A stretch of DNA of 64,000 nucleotides from the IMG/VR virus record IMGVR_UViG_3300010283_000006, positions 4,007-68,006 of that record; one strand, written 5' to 3'. The position numbers were made by a program, and so were the translations under genes. The stretch is from a virus (Duplodnaviria > Caudoviricetes). The number at the start of each line of letters is the position of its first letter. The first letter of the stretch is position 1. Of this stretch, positions 10,093-19,664 are shown piece after piece. A model generated the notes under the pieces. The model worked only from the letters and a program-made list of their open reading frames with translations. It was not told the origin of the DNA and made no database searches.

Positions 10093-11222
10093 TGAAAATA
10101 GGAATTATTGACGCTGATTTAATTGGTAGAAAGAAACATTACTTTCCTAACCTTGTATGTATGAAGTTATCTGCGTGGCACAAGAAAAAAGGTGATAAAG
10201 TAAAGTTTTTAACTCAATATTATCACCTTACAGAATATGACAGAGTATATGTAGCTAAAGTATTTACAGATACACCTGTTCCTGACGAAGTTTTGAAAAT
10301 GTCTAATGTTATATATGGTGGTACTGGTTTCTTTTATGATAAAGCTGTTCCACTTATGTTTGAAATAGAACAGATTAAACCTGACTATCACCTATATGAC
10401 GAATATGTAAAACAAAAACTATCTGAAGGACAGAGTAGAGATAAATACAAATACTATCTTGATTATTCTATCGGTTTTGCTACTAGAGGTTGCTTTAGAA
10501 AATGCCCATTCTGCGTCAACCAAAATTCAGAGTACGTGACTTTACATTCTAATATTGTTGACTGGGTAGATAAAGACAGAAAGAAGATTTGTCTATTAGA
10601 CGATAATGTTTTGGGTGCTAAACAATGGCAATGGGTATTAGAAAAGCTAATACAGATTGGTAAGCCATTTCAGTTTAAGCAAGGATTAGACGAACGCTTA
10701 CTTACTCACGAAAAACTAGAATGTTTAAGAAATTGTAAGCTTGATGGTGATTTAATCTTTGCTTTTGATAACTTGGCTGACAAAAATATTATTATCTCAA
10801 AACTGAATCTGTTACGTATTTTCTTTCCAACTAAAAAGAATATAAAATTCTATGTTTTATGCGGATTTGATAGAGATAATAAATACGATAAAGAGTTTTG
10901 GATAAAAGATATTCATTCAGTATTTGAGCGTATCAAAATATTAGCTAATTATGGTTGCAAGCCTTATATTATGAGATTTGCAAAGTACAAAGAAAGTCCA
11001 TTTAAAGGTACTTATATTAACCTTGCAAGCTGGTGTAATCAGCCTAGTATATATGCTCATTATAGCTATCAAGATTACTGTTTAGAAAAAGACAAACAGC
11101 TTCACGATGATAGAAAATCTTCTACATACAGATATTACGAAGAATTTCTGCCTTATATGACAGAAGAAGAAAAGACTTTTCAATTTAAAGGGAGATACAA
11201 TTATGCAAGTAACGAATACTAG
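10092..11222 (+). CDS. Radical SAM protein with N-terminal B12-binding-like segment
   Basis: TRGCFRKCPFC (CxxxCxxC); N-terminal IGIIDAD...PNLVCMKLSAWHK..GD.V; LLDDNVL. Confidence 0.82.
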   Translation: MKIGIIDADLIGRKKHYFPNLVCMKLSAWHKKKGDKVKFLTQYYHLTEYDRVYVAKVFTDTPVPDEVLKMSNVIYGGTGFFYDKAVPLMFEIEQIKPDYHLYDEYVKQKLSEGQSRDKYKYYLDYSIGFATRGCFRKCPFCVNQNSEYVTLHSNIVDWVDKDRKKICLLDDNVLGAKQWQWVLEKLIQIGKPFQFKQGLDERLLTHEKLECLRNCKLDGDLIFAFDNLADKNIIISKLNLLRIFFPTKKNIKFYVLCGFDRDNKYDKEFWIKDIHSVFERIKILANYGCKPYIMRFAKYKESPFKGTYINLASWCNQPSIYAHYSYQDYCLEKDKQLHDDRKSSTYRYYEEFLPYMTEEEKTFQFKGRYNYASNEY

Positions 11223-11835
11223 AGTTTATGGTTTAGAAGAAAGTATTTTAGCTAGTGGTTATCCTATGCTTTCTAAGCCATATACAGAAGAAGAATTTAA
11301 AAAAGAAGTAGTAGATATGTTTACTCAACAAGGTGAATGTAAATACGAAAATAAAAACATCTTTGAAGAAAATAAACACTTTAAACGCTTTATGAAGTTA
11401 TCTAAAGCTAAAGCTGGTAGCGGACATGATTGTGCGTTAAAGGGTGCAATCGTTCAAATGGACGTAACAGCTCCACAATACTTTTGGCAACAACTTCAAA
11501 GATACCACTTCATTGATTTTGTAAGCTCAAACTCCAAAATGCACTGTATCACAAAATTTGATTTAGATAAGCAAGTTGATAATAGCGTAAGTTATGAAGC
11601 ACTGAAAAATCTTAAAGAATATATCGACCTGTATCAGAGTAACGAATGTTCTATCGATGATGTTTTGAAAAATGTACCAATGGGATTAAATTTGACTGCT
11701 AGACTGACTACTAACTATCTTCAGTTAAAAACAATCTATTCACAAAGAAAAACACATCGTAGTCAAGAGTGGCACGTATTCTGTGATTGGATTAAAACAT
11801 TACCATACGCAAAGGAGCTGATTACACATGAATGA
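11203..11835 (+). CDS. ThyX/Thy1-like protein (divergent)
   Basis: QQLQRYHF...SSNSKMH resembles the RHRxxS motif; LTTNYLQL...R.TH..QEW resembles the ThyX C-terminus; next to dUTPase. Confidence 0.5.
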   Translation: MQVTNTRVYGLEESILASGYPMLSKPYTEEEFKKEVVDMFTQQGECKYENKNIFEENKHFKRFMKLSKAKAGSGHDCALKGAIVQMDVTAPQYFWQQLQRYHFIDFVSSNSKMHCITKFDLDKQVDNSVSYEALKNLKEYIDLYQSNECSIDDVLKNVPMGLNLTARLTTNYLQLKTIYSQRKTHRSQEWHVFCDWIKTLPYAKELITHE

Positions 11836-12124
11836 ATTAACTATCGAAGAATTACTTGATAAAGCCATTAATAAAGAAAAACTTACCGAAGAACAGTGGA
11901 AAATGGTTGTTAGCTACGCCGAGGATAATGAGATTGATGAAGTAGAGGGGAAAACAAGACGTTGGACTAGACGTTGTGTTATAATTCTCCCTTACAAAGA
12001 TAAGATTTATGGCGTTAATTATGATACAGGATTAACAGAATATCAAGAGAACGATTATACTAGATGTTTTATTTCTGAAGTCCGTCAAGTAGTTAAAGCG
12101 ATTAAAGTTTGGGTGTTTGTGTAA
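11828..12124 (+). CDS. Hypothetical protein
   Basis: Coupled ORF with AAGGAG RBS. Confidence 0.6.
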   Translation: MNELTIEELLDKAINKEKLTEEQWKMVVSYAEDNEIDEVEGKTRRWTRRCVIILPYKDKIYGVNYDTGLTEYQENDYTRCFISEVRQVVKAIKVWVFV

Positions 12125-12384
12125 TGAATGATTTGACTTGTATTGATATGGTTGGCAATACCTTACATATTGGTGACGAAATTATCTTTCACACTAAAAA
12201 GTATGGTAGCTGTTTCGATGTATCTGTTATTGAGAATATAGAGAAAGATGTAAAGCAGGTAGTAAACCAACATAAAAAAGTAAAAAGCGACAAAGTTTAT
12301 TTCAAACAAAAACGCAGTACAGGTTCATATATGATTTATAAATTTAGTTATGAAGTGATTAAACTTATCAGAGAGGAAGAATAG
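12124..12384 (+). CDS. Hypothetical protein
   Basis: TAATG coupling; D..GN.L.IGD.I motif common in phage proteins. Confidence 0.6.
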   Translation: MNDLTCIDMVGNTLHIGDEIIFHTKKYGSCFDVSVIENIEKDVKQVVNQHKKVKSDKVYFKQKRSTGSYMIYKFSYEVIKLIREEE

Positions 12385-12386
12385 TA

Positions 12387-12584
12387 ATGTTATATATCAA
12401 AGATATTAATGGTAATTTTATTGGCAAAGATGATAGAGTTCTGTTTTGTATGAACAATAAACTGCATATTGGTTACTTGTATAAAATCTGTCCACAGAAA
12501 GTAGCGATTAAGTATATGTTTGCTAATCGTTATGAACGCAGAACTTATGTAGACCATAATAAAGTAGTAAAGGCAGAGGTGTAA
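12387..12584 (+). CDS. Hypothetical protein
   Basis: DINGNFIGKDDRV, same small family as the previous ORF. Confidence 0.55.
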   Translation: MLYIKDINGNFIGKDDRVLFCMNNKLHIGYLYKICPQKVAIKYMFANRYERRTYVDHNKVVKAEV

Positions 12585-12586
12585 TA

Positions 12587-13141
12587 ATGAATAAAATTCG
12601 TGGGTTTGAACTTATTTCTGATTTGAACAATACTGATAAAACAACTAAAGCTCTTATCTTACCTGAAAGAAAAACTAAATCATCTGCTGGTTATGATGTT
12701 TCTGTAATTCATCCTTTGGTATTTGAGTTTTTAAAAGAAGGTTTGACTTTACAAGATGCTTGGTTGTCTGCTAGTAATATCTCTACTGATGGTAAACGCT
12801 TCTCTATTGTACATAAGCCTGATGATAAACAAGCTATCTTACTTCCTACTGGCATTAAAGCATATATGCAAGATGATGAAGTATTGCTGATGGCAATTCG
12901 TAGCTCTAAAGGCATTAAACAAGGTATTAGACAAGCCAATCCACCTTCTATTATTGACGCTGATTATTATAACAATATAGATAACGAAGGACATATTTTC
13001 TTTGCTGTATCTAATGCAAGTATTGTTTTCGACCAGCCTATTATGCCTATTGCACAAGGTATGTTTGCTAAATATCTGATTGTTGATAACGATAATGTTG
13101 TTACGGAACGTATGGGTGGAATTGGGAGTACAGATAAATGA
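12587..13141 (+). CDS. dut: Trimeric dUTPase
   Basis: SAGYD, LLPTGIKA, RSS, IIDADYY, AQG and RMGGIGST motifs I-V. Confidence 0.92.
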   Translation: MNKIRGFELISDLNNTDKTTKALILPERKTKSSAGYDVSVIHPLVFEFLKEGLTLQDAWLSASNISTDGKRFSIVHKPDDKQAILLPTGIKAYMQDDEVLLMAIRSSKGIKQGIRQANPPSIIDADYYNNIDNEGHIFFAVSNASIVFDQPIMPIAQGMFAKYLIVDNDNVVTERMGGIGSTDK

Positions 13142-13437
13142 GATATATCGAAGAAGTCGAATTAGGCGGAAAATCTCGGTATTTTAACTTAAACTTGTTT
13201 TCAAGTATTTATCTTGATAAAAAAATTAATTTAGCAAGTTCATTTAACTATATTGTTTTTATTGTTTTAACTGGTGTAGACAAGCATATTCCAATGAACA
13301 TTACACCTATTAGTTTAGATAATGCCAAATATTTACAGCATAAATTTTTAAAATTTCTAGACAATAAAAATGTAAAAATTATTTCTATTAATCCTCTTAA
13401 TGGTGGTATGGTTTACGAAGATGTATGTTTTAACTAA
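13138..13437 (+). CDS. Hypothetical protein
   Basis: ATGA-coupled ORF. Confidence 0.5.
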   Translation: MRYIEEVELGGKSRYFNLNLFSSIYLDKKINLASSFNYIVFIVLTGVDKHIPMNITPISLDNAKYLQHKFLKFLDNKNVKIISINPLNGGMVYEDVCFN

Positions 13438-13502
13438 TTAAGTTTATGGTGGAGCATTAGTCAGTTGATTAGTGCTTCACTATACAAAACAAGGAGAAAT
13501 AA

Positions 13503-13604
13503 ATGCAAAGTTATATTAAACAAGGTGATTGCTTAGAATTGAACGAGAATTATTTCAATATTGCGAAAGAAAGGATTAAAACATATGAAACAAAAAGAAA
13601 CTGA
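13503..13604 (+). pseudogene. Collapsed N4/N6 DNA methyltransferase remnant (N-terminus fused to C-terminus)
   Basis: AAGGAG RBS then MQSYIKQGDCLE|LNENYFNIAKERIK: GDCLE is the usual start and E.NENYF.IAKERI the usual end of beta-class phage MTases. Confidence 0.72.
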
Positions 13605-14124
13605 TGTAGAAGAAGTCATTGTTCATCAATACAAACTGCGCTTCAAAGGTGACTATTACAGAGTTTTAGTTACTGGCAGTAAATATGAAGCCGAAAAATA
13701 TATGAAAACCGAACTTAAAGCTGACGAAATTATTTGGGAAAAGTCTTTCGTAACTAACAAAGATATTGCTATCCGTGTAGGTACTGGCAATAAAACTATT
13801 GCTATGCAAGGTTGTTTCTTGCGAATGAAGTATCTTAGTGCAATGTCAGCGAAACGCTCTAATAATACATCAACCTCTCAACCTCTTAATATGGAGAAAA
13901 TCCAATCTGCTATTAGAAAAGATAGTAATACTAAATTTACTGTTAAAGAAATTAGAAAAGCTCAAAAAATTAGCACTAAAGAACTTGCTGGTGAATTGTT
14001 TATTGACAAGAATTATCTTTATAGTATCGAAAGAGGGAGAATTATCCCTGATGATGATATGAAAGCATTGATTAGTCAATTTTTAAATGTAGATGTAGAT
14101 AACATTGATTGGTTAGGTGAATAA
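13585..14124 (+). CDS. XRE-family HTH protein (C-terminal HTH)
   Basis: VKEIRKAQKISTKELAGELFIDKNYLYSIERG. Confidence 0.78.
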   Translation: MKQKETDVEEVIVHQYKLRFKGDYYRVLVTGSKYEAEKYMKTELKADEIIWEKSFVTNKDIAIRVGTGNKTIAMQGCFLRMKYLSAMSAKRSNNTSTSQPLNMEKIQSAIRKDSNTKFTVKEIRKAQKISTKELAGELFIDKNYLYSIERGRIIPDDDMKALISQFLNVDVDNIDWLGE

Positions 14125-14893
14125 CTTGAATAATACTTTAGACTATGAATTAATGGAATATCTTAGACAAAGTAAACTTCAAGAGTATTCTCTTAGTAGA
14201 AATCATTGGAGAGCTATTGAAAGAGCTTGTAATAAACGTCTTACAGACCAGTTAAACGAAACCTACAAATATAATCCTGAATACATCTATATTGAAAATG
14301 AAAGAGTATGCACCATAGAGTTCTTTTATAAAGAGCTAAAGAAAAGAATAGCGGTTACACCATTTTATGATGTATTGATGGTTTATGTTAACTGTAAGAA
14401 CAATGCTTTGGCTACTGCTAAAGAGCTAAGTGTATCTCATACTACAATTAATAATCACTTAAAGAAACTTCAGGGAATTGTAGATGAATTACTTCAGGAA
14501 TTAGGATTATCTAAAGATGAATTTAAATCTTATTTTACGCCTGAAATTAGTAATTACTTTGCTAGTTCATCTACTAATGTAGGTTATCCGTTTGAACATT
14601 ATATGAATTTACCTAAAGATAAGGAATGGCAAGATAAGTTCGGGACTAAACGTACAAAAGAACAAAATACCTGCCTTATTCCTGAATACTTACAGGCTTG
14701 TGGTTTGTGCAGTTGTCAATGTAATATCTGTACCGACACGAATAATTGTAGACGCAAAGATGTTTTCCCTGATAATGATAGAACTGGTGTATTAAAGCTT
14801 AGTAAAGCTAAAATCGAAGAATGTATTAACAATGCTATCGCTAATACATCAGCTTCAGCTTACAGTGGCTTAGAAAGGATTTATCAGATATGA
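14117..14893 (+). CDS. Possible sigma-like/HTH transcription factor with Cys-rich C-terminus
   Basis: ATAKELSVSHTTINNHLKKL HTH; CGLCSCQCNIC cluster. Confidence 0.45.
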   Translation: MNNLNNTLDYELMEYLRQSKLQEYSLSRNHWRAIERACNKRLTDQLNETYKYNPEYIYIENERVCTIEFFYKELKKRIAVTPFYDVLMVYVNCKNNALATAKELSVSHTTINNHLKKLQGIVDELLQELGLSKDEFKSYFTPEISNYFASSSTNVGYPFEHYMNLPKDKEWQDKFGTKRTKEQNTCLIPEYLQACGLCSCQCNICTDTNNCRRKDVFPDNDRTGVLKLSKAKIEECINNAIANTSASAYSGLERIYQI

Positions 14894-15171
14894 ATACAAA
14901 AAAGATTAGCAAGATGATAACTAAAGCAGAAACTATCTTACAAGCTGGCGAACCATGTAAATCAGTAGATAGTCAAGATAATGAATTATGTATTGGTGAT
15001 ATTGTTTCATGGAATGTAGTTAAATACAATCGTATTACAGGCGAATGTTCTACTGAAAAGCTTCGTGGTATTTTATATGGAATATGTGGCGGTGTAGCCA
15101 GTATATCTCCATATGATAACGGCTATATGATGTACATAGAATTAAACCGATTAACAAAGGAGCGTAAGTAG
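14890..15171 (+). CDS. Hypothetical protein
   Basis: ATGA-coupled; DSQDNELCIGDIV motif. Confidence 0.55.
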   Translation: MNTKKISKMITKAETILQAGEPCKSVDSQDNELCIGDIVSWNVVKYNRITGECSTEKLRGILYGICGGVASISPYDNGYMMYIELNRLTKERK

Positions 15172-15175
15172 AATT

Positions 15176-15388
15176 ATGGTAGAGAAAGCAATTTATGTTT
15201 GCGAATATTGCAATAAAGAATATACCACGAAGGCTAATTGTATTGAATGTGAAAATTTTCATAAAAAGAATTTAAAAATCAGATATGTTGATAAATACGA
15301 ACCATTTACAAAATGGGGCGAAGATGGCTTTCCTAGAATTATCAGGGTTATAGCTGACGATGGTTCGGAACACACATATTATCGTTAA
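15176..15388 (+). CDS. Small Zn-finger-like protein
   Basis: YVCEYCNKEY.....CIECE..H; AAGGAG RBS. Confidence 0.6.
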   Translation: MVEKAIYVCEYCNKEYTTKANCIECENFHKKNLKIRYVDKYEPFTKWGEDGFPRIIRVIADDGSEHTYYR

Positions 15389-15404
15389 TCAAACAATAAG
15401 AAAA

Positions 15405-15425
15405 AGCCTTGCGTAATGCAAGGCT
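15405..15425. terminator. Bidirectional intrinsic terminator
   Basis: AGCCTTGC-gtaat-GCAAGGCT perfect 8-bp stem between converging genes. Confidence 0.75.
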
Positions 15426-15429
15426 AATC

Positions 15430-16242
15430 TTATATAGCAGAGAATATATCTCTAACTTGTTCTCTATGTTGTTGGCTGATATGTAAGTATCTTTGCGTAG
15501 ATTGGATTGATTTATGTCTAAGATGTTCTTTAATTACGAATAGGTTAATATTATTATCCAACAAAGTTACTGCTGAACCATGCCTAAAGCTATGACAATG
15601 CAATTCAGGATAACCAGCTTTAATACAGATATTTTTAATCTCTCTATAAAAAGCTACATAACCAATCTGTGTATTATTTCTAGTATGTAGTAAGTAAGTG
15701 CTGTTATAATCTATATATTCTTTAATCATACTAGCTAAACCATCTGTGATATAAACTTTATAGTCATTATGGTTTTTCGTATCTACAAGAAGAATTGATT
15801 TTTCATCTGCATTATAATTAGCTGTTTTAATACTCAAAACTTCTTCAGCTCTTAAACCATTCTGAAACATTAAAGATACAGCTATCTTACTTCTTAGATG
15901 TGCACAATGGTATAGGATGCGATGATATTGTTCTTTACTGACTACTGCTGGAACAATAGTCTTAGTATCTACTGATTGTAAAACTTGCAAGATAACTGGT
16001 AGACCATCAATGGTGATGTAGTTAGATAAAAAATCAATAAACTTCTTTAATATCCTACATCTTAGAGCTTTAGTATTTACTGAACAATCCCATTGTTGTA
16101 ATTTACTATTGATAAAATCCAATTCCAAATTTACTTTTCCATCCGAAAACCAATTTTTAAAGGCATTACAATAAGTGGTATAAGTATTGGTGGCTCTAGT
16201 AGCCTTAACCGACGCAAGATATTGTTTCAGGTATAAATCCAT
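15430..16242 (-). CDS. XerC/D-like tyrosine recombinase (no arm-binding domain)
   Basis: GLRAEE (Arg I), HSFRH (HxxR), LRHKSI and TQRY (catalytic Tyr); 270 aa. Confidence 0.9.
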   Translation of the reverse strand: MDLYLKQYLASVKATRATNTYTTYCNAFKNWFSDGKVNLELDFINSKLQQWDCSVNTKALRCRILKKFIDFLSNYITIDGLPVILQVLQSVDTKTIVPAVVSKEQYHRILYHCAHLRSKIAVSLMFQNGLRAEEVLSIKTANYNADEKSILLVDTKNHNDYKVYITDGLASMIKEYIDYNSTYLLHTRNNTQIGYVAFYREIKNICIKAGYPELHCHSFRHGSAVTLLDNNINLFVIKEHLRHKSIQSTQRYLHISQQHREQVRDIFSAI

Positions 16243-16309
16243 AATTCAAATACTCCTTTCATACTATGGTAAGTTTACCTAGACCAAATTAAAACAGGGT
16301 ATGTTTTCC

Positions 16310-16415
16310 AAAACCAAAAATGAAATCAGTTTTAAAAACAAAAATCAAAAACAAAATCAGTATTTCCTTTTCCATTATGAAATCTGATTGAAAACCAAAA
16401 TTCAAAAATCAAATA
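16310..16415. repeat. Iterated AAAA(C/T)CAAAA-type A-tracts in a divergent intergenic region
   Basis: aaaaccaaaaat, aaaaacaaaaat, caaaaacaaaat, aaaaccaaaatt, caaaaatcaaat. Confidence 0.5.
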
Positions 16416-16440
16416 CAATATTAAACAGGAGCGTGATACT

Positions 16441-17031
16441 ATGTCTAAAATTAGTGATTATCAATTTGAACAACAAGTACGTGAATTACAGCAACAAGGT
16501 AAATCTATCCGTAAGATTGCTGAAATCTTGAATAAGCAAATTCCTACTGATGATGAACCAATTAGTGAAATGGCTGTATCTCGTTGGCTAAGAGCTGATA
16601 AAAAGCAATTACCAATGATTGAAGTTAAACAAACCTCTTTAGCTGATACAACTGATAGCCTGACTGCAACTGGTGTACAAGCTAGTGAAGATGTTAATCC
16701 ATACGAAGAAACAATTCGCTTAATCAATGACTGCGATTATCAGATTGAAATTCTTAAAAAGCGTATTGAAAGAGAAGCTATGATTACTTTAGGTGACGGA
16801 GCTAAAAAAAGCTCAACAGACCCACAAGCTTTACTTGCTCAATACATTTCAAGAAAACAATCTTTGCTCAACGATATTGCTACATATCAGAAAGACTTGT
16901 CTAACTATGCTAAGGTTAAAGAAACTTTGAAAATCGTATATGATGTTCTCAAAGAAGTTTCACCTGAAAGCTACGAACAGTTCAAGAAAGAAGTTCGAGA
17001 TAAGCAAAGTCTAGTCAATCTGACAAAATAA
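16441..17031 (+). CDS. N-terminal HTH plus helical protein; candidate terminase small subunit
   Basis: QQGKSIRKIAEILN...ISEMAVSRWL HTH then coiled-coil; no TerS next to TerL. Confidence 0.4.
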   Translation: MSKISDYQFEQQVRELQQQGKSIRKIAEILNKQIPTDDEPISEMAVSRWLRADKKQLPMIEVKQTSLADTTDSLTATGVQASEDVNPYEETIRLINDCDYQIEILKKRIEREAMITLGDGAKKSSTDPQALLAQYISRKQSLLNDIATYQKDLSNYAKVKETLKIVYDVLKEVSPESYEQFKKEVRDKQSLVNLTK

Positions 17032-17156
17032 TAAAATAGAGTAGGGAATATATACTGCCAGCAATTTTTGAAATTAGCACTATGCTATTATTCATTAGTT
17101 GCTGGCTTTTTGTTGTTTTTACAGCTCCAGCAATTTTTTAAAATCGCTCTATGCCA

Positions 17157-17393
17157 TTATTTGATTTGAGAACCACCATCTCGTTTAATCCAAACTACAT
17201 CGTAACCTAAATCATCTAAAAGATTAACCAGGTCGATATAACGCCACGAAAAATTATTGATTTTTTGATTAATTGCGCCGCTAGTTACTCCTAGCTTTTC
17301 CGCTAGCCTTGTTTGATTTTGTCCTGAACTTGCGACGGCTTGCAGAAAATTATTCTTTAATTGTACTTTATCCTTTTTCATAATATATCGCAC
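17157..17393 (-). CDS. Cro/XRE-like HTH regulator
   Basis: NQTRLAEKLGVTSGAINQKI; own promoter TTGATT-17-(TG)TATAAT at 17462-17434. Confidence 0.8.
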   Translation of the reverse strand: MRYIMKKDKVQLKNNFLQAVASSGQNQTRLAEKLGVTSGAINQKINNFSWRYIDLVNLLDDLGYDVVWIKRDGGSQIK

Positions 17394-17910
17394 TTCCTTT
17401 TACTTTAAAAATATGGTATAATTTACCTATTTTATTATAACATATCTGTACTAAAAAATCAATAGAAAAAGCTATAAATTTTATAGTAGCCGTGTAAAAC
17501 GCTTATAGCCTTATACAGTGCATGAAGTAAAATACATATCACAATATAACTAAAAAGAAAAAACTCTATGCATGAACGAAAATAGCAAGCTCATAGAGTA
17601 CATGAAAAATCAATGCTAGTATAGTACCACGTATAACCAATATAAGCTCATACAAGGGAAAATAGCAAGCCTTATAAACTGTTTAAAATTGCATAGCTAT
17701 AAAGTACCTATATAATAAAAAAAGCACTATACAAGGCGAATTTATAGCCTTATACAGTGCATGAAAATTGAAATAGGTATTATATACCTATACCGCCGGA
17801 AAAATGCTGTACAGTCAAATTTGAGCGTATGAGCGGTATAATATAATAGTGACGATTGAGAACGGCAGAAGCAGGAGAAGCAGGAGAGAGAGAAGGCAGG
17901 AAAAGAAAAA

Positions 17911-17932
17911 AGCCAGCTTTTACAAGCTGGCT
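17911..17932 (-). terminator. Intrinsic terminator of the leftward early operon
   Basis: AGCCAGCTT-ttac-AAGCTGGCT stem with an A-run on its left (U-run on minus strand). Confidence 0.75.
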
Positions 17933-18002
17933 AGTTATTTAATTCCTTCTCATGAACGATATAATAATATATAAAATAATTAACCCTATTAATTGCATAA
18001 TA

Positions 18003-18296
18003 TCAATCCTTTTTACATCTTACAAAATAATCTTTCATATCCTTGTCATAGTATAGTGTAAATAAATATATTGACTTTCCGTGTAAATTTTCTTTAAATA
18101 CATTATATTTATTATAAATTCCGTTAAAAATAACTGTATCTGTATTTTCAACTTCAATATAATATGTCTGATTATTAATATTGCAAGTAATTTCCTTATT
18201 CTCTACTAATATATTATTATTTTCCCATAACTTATTATTATAAAATTCAACATTTTTTACAACTTCTATAATATTTTCCAATACTTCTGTATTCAT
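18003..18296 (-). CDS. Early hypothetical protein
   Basis: AAGGAG RBS; leftward small-ORF run. Confidence 0.6.
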   Translation of the reverse strand: MNTEVLENIIEVVKNVEFYNNKLWENNNILVENKEITCNINNQTYYIEVENTDTVIFNGIYNKYNVFKENLHGKSIYLFTLYYDKDMKDYFVRCKKD

Positions 18297-18312
18297 TGTT
18301 TTTAACTCCTTG

Positions 18313-18597
18313 TTATAAAAATCTCTTTATAGCTTCATCTGTAAATTTATCTACTCCGAAATTATCAGTATAAATTAATTTTACACCATGTATTAAATAA
18401 TCAAATATATCTTCTATGTTATAATCTTTTTCGTAATTCCAATAAGCAGTATCATGAAAATAAAAATTTAAGTCATAAAGAGTAATACATAATAGCGTAT
18501 TATAACTATTTTTACAAGTTTTTTGTAATTTAGGTATAACCTTTTTACCTTCAATAGTAGCTACTAAATAGCATATTCTTTTTTCTTTATATCTCAT
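18313..18597 (-). CDS. Early hypothetical protein
   Basis: RBS and ORF in leftward run. Confidence 0.6.
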   Translation of the reverse strand: MRYKEKRICYLVATIEGKKVIPKLQKTCKNSYNTLLCITLYDLNFYFHDTAYWNYEKDYNIEDIFDYLIHGVKLIYTDNFGVDKFTDEAIKRFL

Positions 18598-18617
18598 AAT
18601 ACATACGCCTTCCTTTA

Positions 18618-18938
18618 TTATTCAATGTAAAAATCTGTAAAATTCCTACTACAAAAATTCCTTAAAAAATCAATAATTTGTGTATAGTCGCTATTATCAT
18701 AAAAGGGAATAAATACAAATACATGAATATAGTTATTATCTTCACCAACTTCATAATATAGCGGTATAAGCTTTAAAATAGTTGTAAATATATCTTTATC
18801 TTTTTTTAAAATAATAAAGTCATACATTCTTTTTTTATACTTTTCCTGCTTTTCATCTAAAATATAGGGAATTTCCCTATACTTTAAAGTGATAATTGCA
18901 TTTGCTAACTTATCCATAGTATCATTATTTAAATTCAT
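18618..18938 (-). CDS. Early hypothetical protein
   Basis: Start MNLNNDT after AAGGAAG. Confidence 0.6.
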   Translation of the reverse strand: MNLNNDTMDKLANAIITLKYREIPYILDEKQEKYKKRMYDFIILKKDKDIFTTILKLIPLYYEVGEDNNYIHVFVFIPFYDNSDYTQIIDFLRNFCSRNFTDFYIE

Positions 18939-18940
18939 GC

Positions 18941-19429
18941 TTACACTTCCTTTTCTATACAATAACTATTTTCCTTTAAAATAATATCGCAGATATAATA
19001 ATAATTAATATCGTCAAAAAATTCAACAGTAAATATATTTTCTTTTACTTTACGTACAAAATAATTATTTACAATAAAGTATTGCAATATATCTTTATTC
19101 TCATTATAAAATTTAGATAATAATACACCGATAATATAAGGCGCAATATATTTATCAATGCTACTGTATTTTTGTTTATCGTTGGTAGGTATTTTATCGT
19201 TAACTATAAAAGGTGTATTAATAAAATAGCTATTTAATACATAGTTAACCATACTGCCAACTTGACAACTATCAGTAACACTTATTGATAAACCTGGTCC
19301 ACAATAAGGGCAAAACTTTATTTCATAAAAATTTGTTAATTCTCCGCTAAAAGGCTTTCCGCAACATGGACAAAAGCCAAATGCACAACTTTCATCAACT
19401 GCTAAAACATCATACCAATATTTACTCAT
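18941..19429 (-). CDS. Early Zn-ribbon protein
   Basis: CPCCGK...FCPYCG. Confidence 0.65.
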   Translation of the reverse strand: MSKYWYDVLAVDESCAFGFCPCCGKPFSGELTNFYEIKFCPYCGPGLSISVTDSCQVGSMVNYVLNSYFINTPFIVNDKIPTNDKQKYSSIDKYIAPYIIGVLLSKFYNENKDILQYFIVNNYFVRKVKENIFTVEFFDDINYYYICDIILKENSYCIEKEV

Positions 19430-19664
19430 ATTTTTTACCTTCCTTCACTATATATTTTGATAACTTATGCTTTATACGTTCCATGCGGAAAAATTTATCA
19501 ATAGTATTATTTTGATATAATGAAATGAATTGTCTATATTCTCTTGAATAACATTTACAATCTAAACATATACTATTCATAAGATTGTTGTATTCATTTG
19601 CAACTTTATTTGCACTGTATTTATAATAATAGTATAGTTTTATAAATTGCCTTTTTCTTTTCAT
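19422..19664 (-). CDS. Early hypothetical protein
   Basis: Coupled ORF, CLDCKC. Confidence 0.55.
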   Translation of the reverse strand: MKRKRQFIKLYYYYKYSANKVANEYNNLMNSICLDCKCYSREYRQFISLYQNNTIDKFFRMERIKHKLSKYIVKEGKKYE

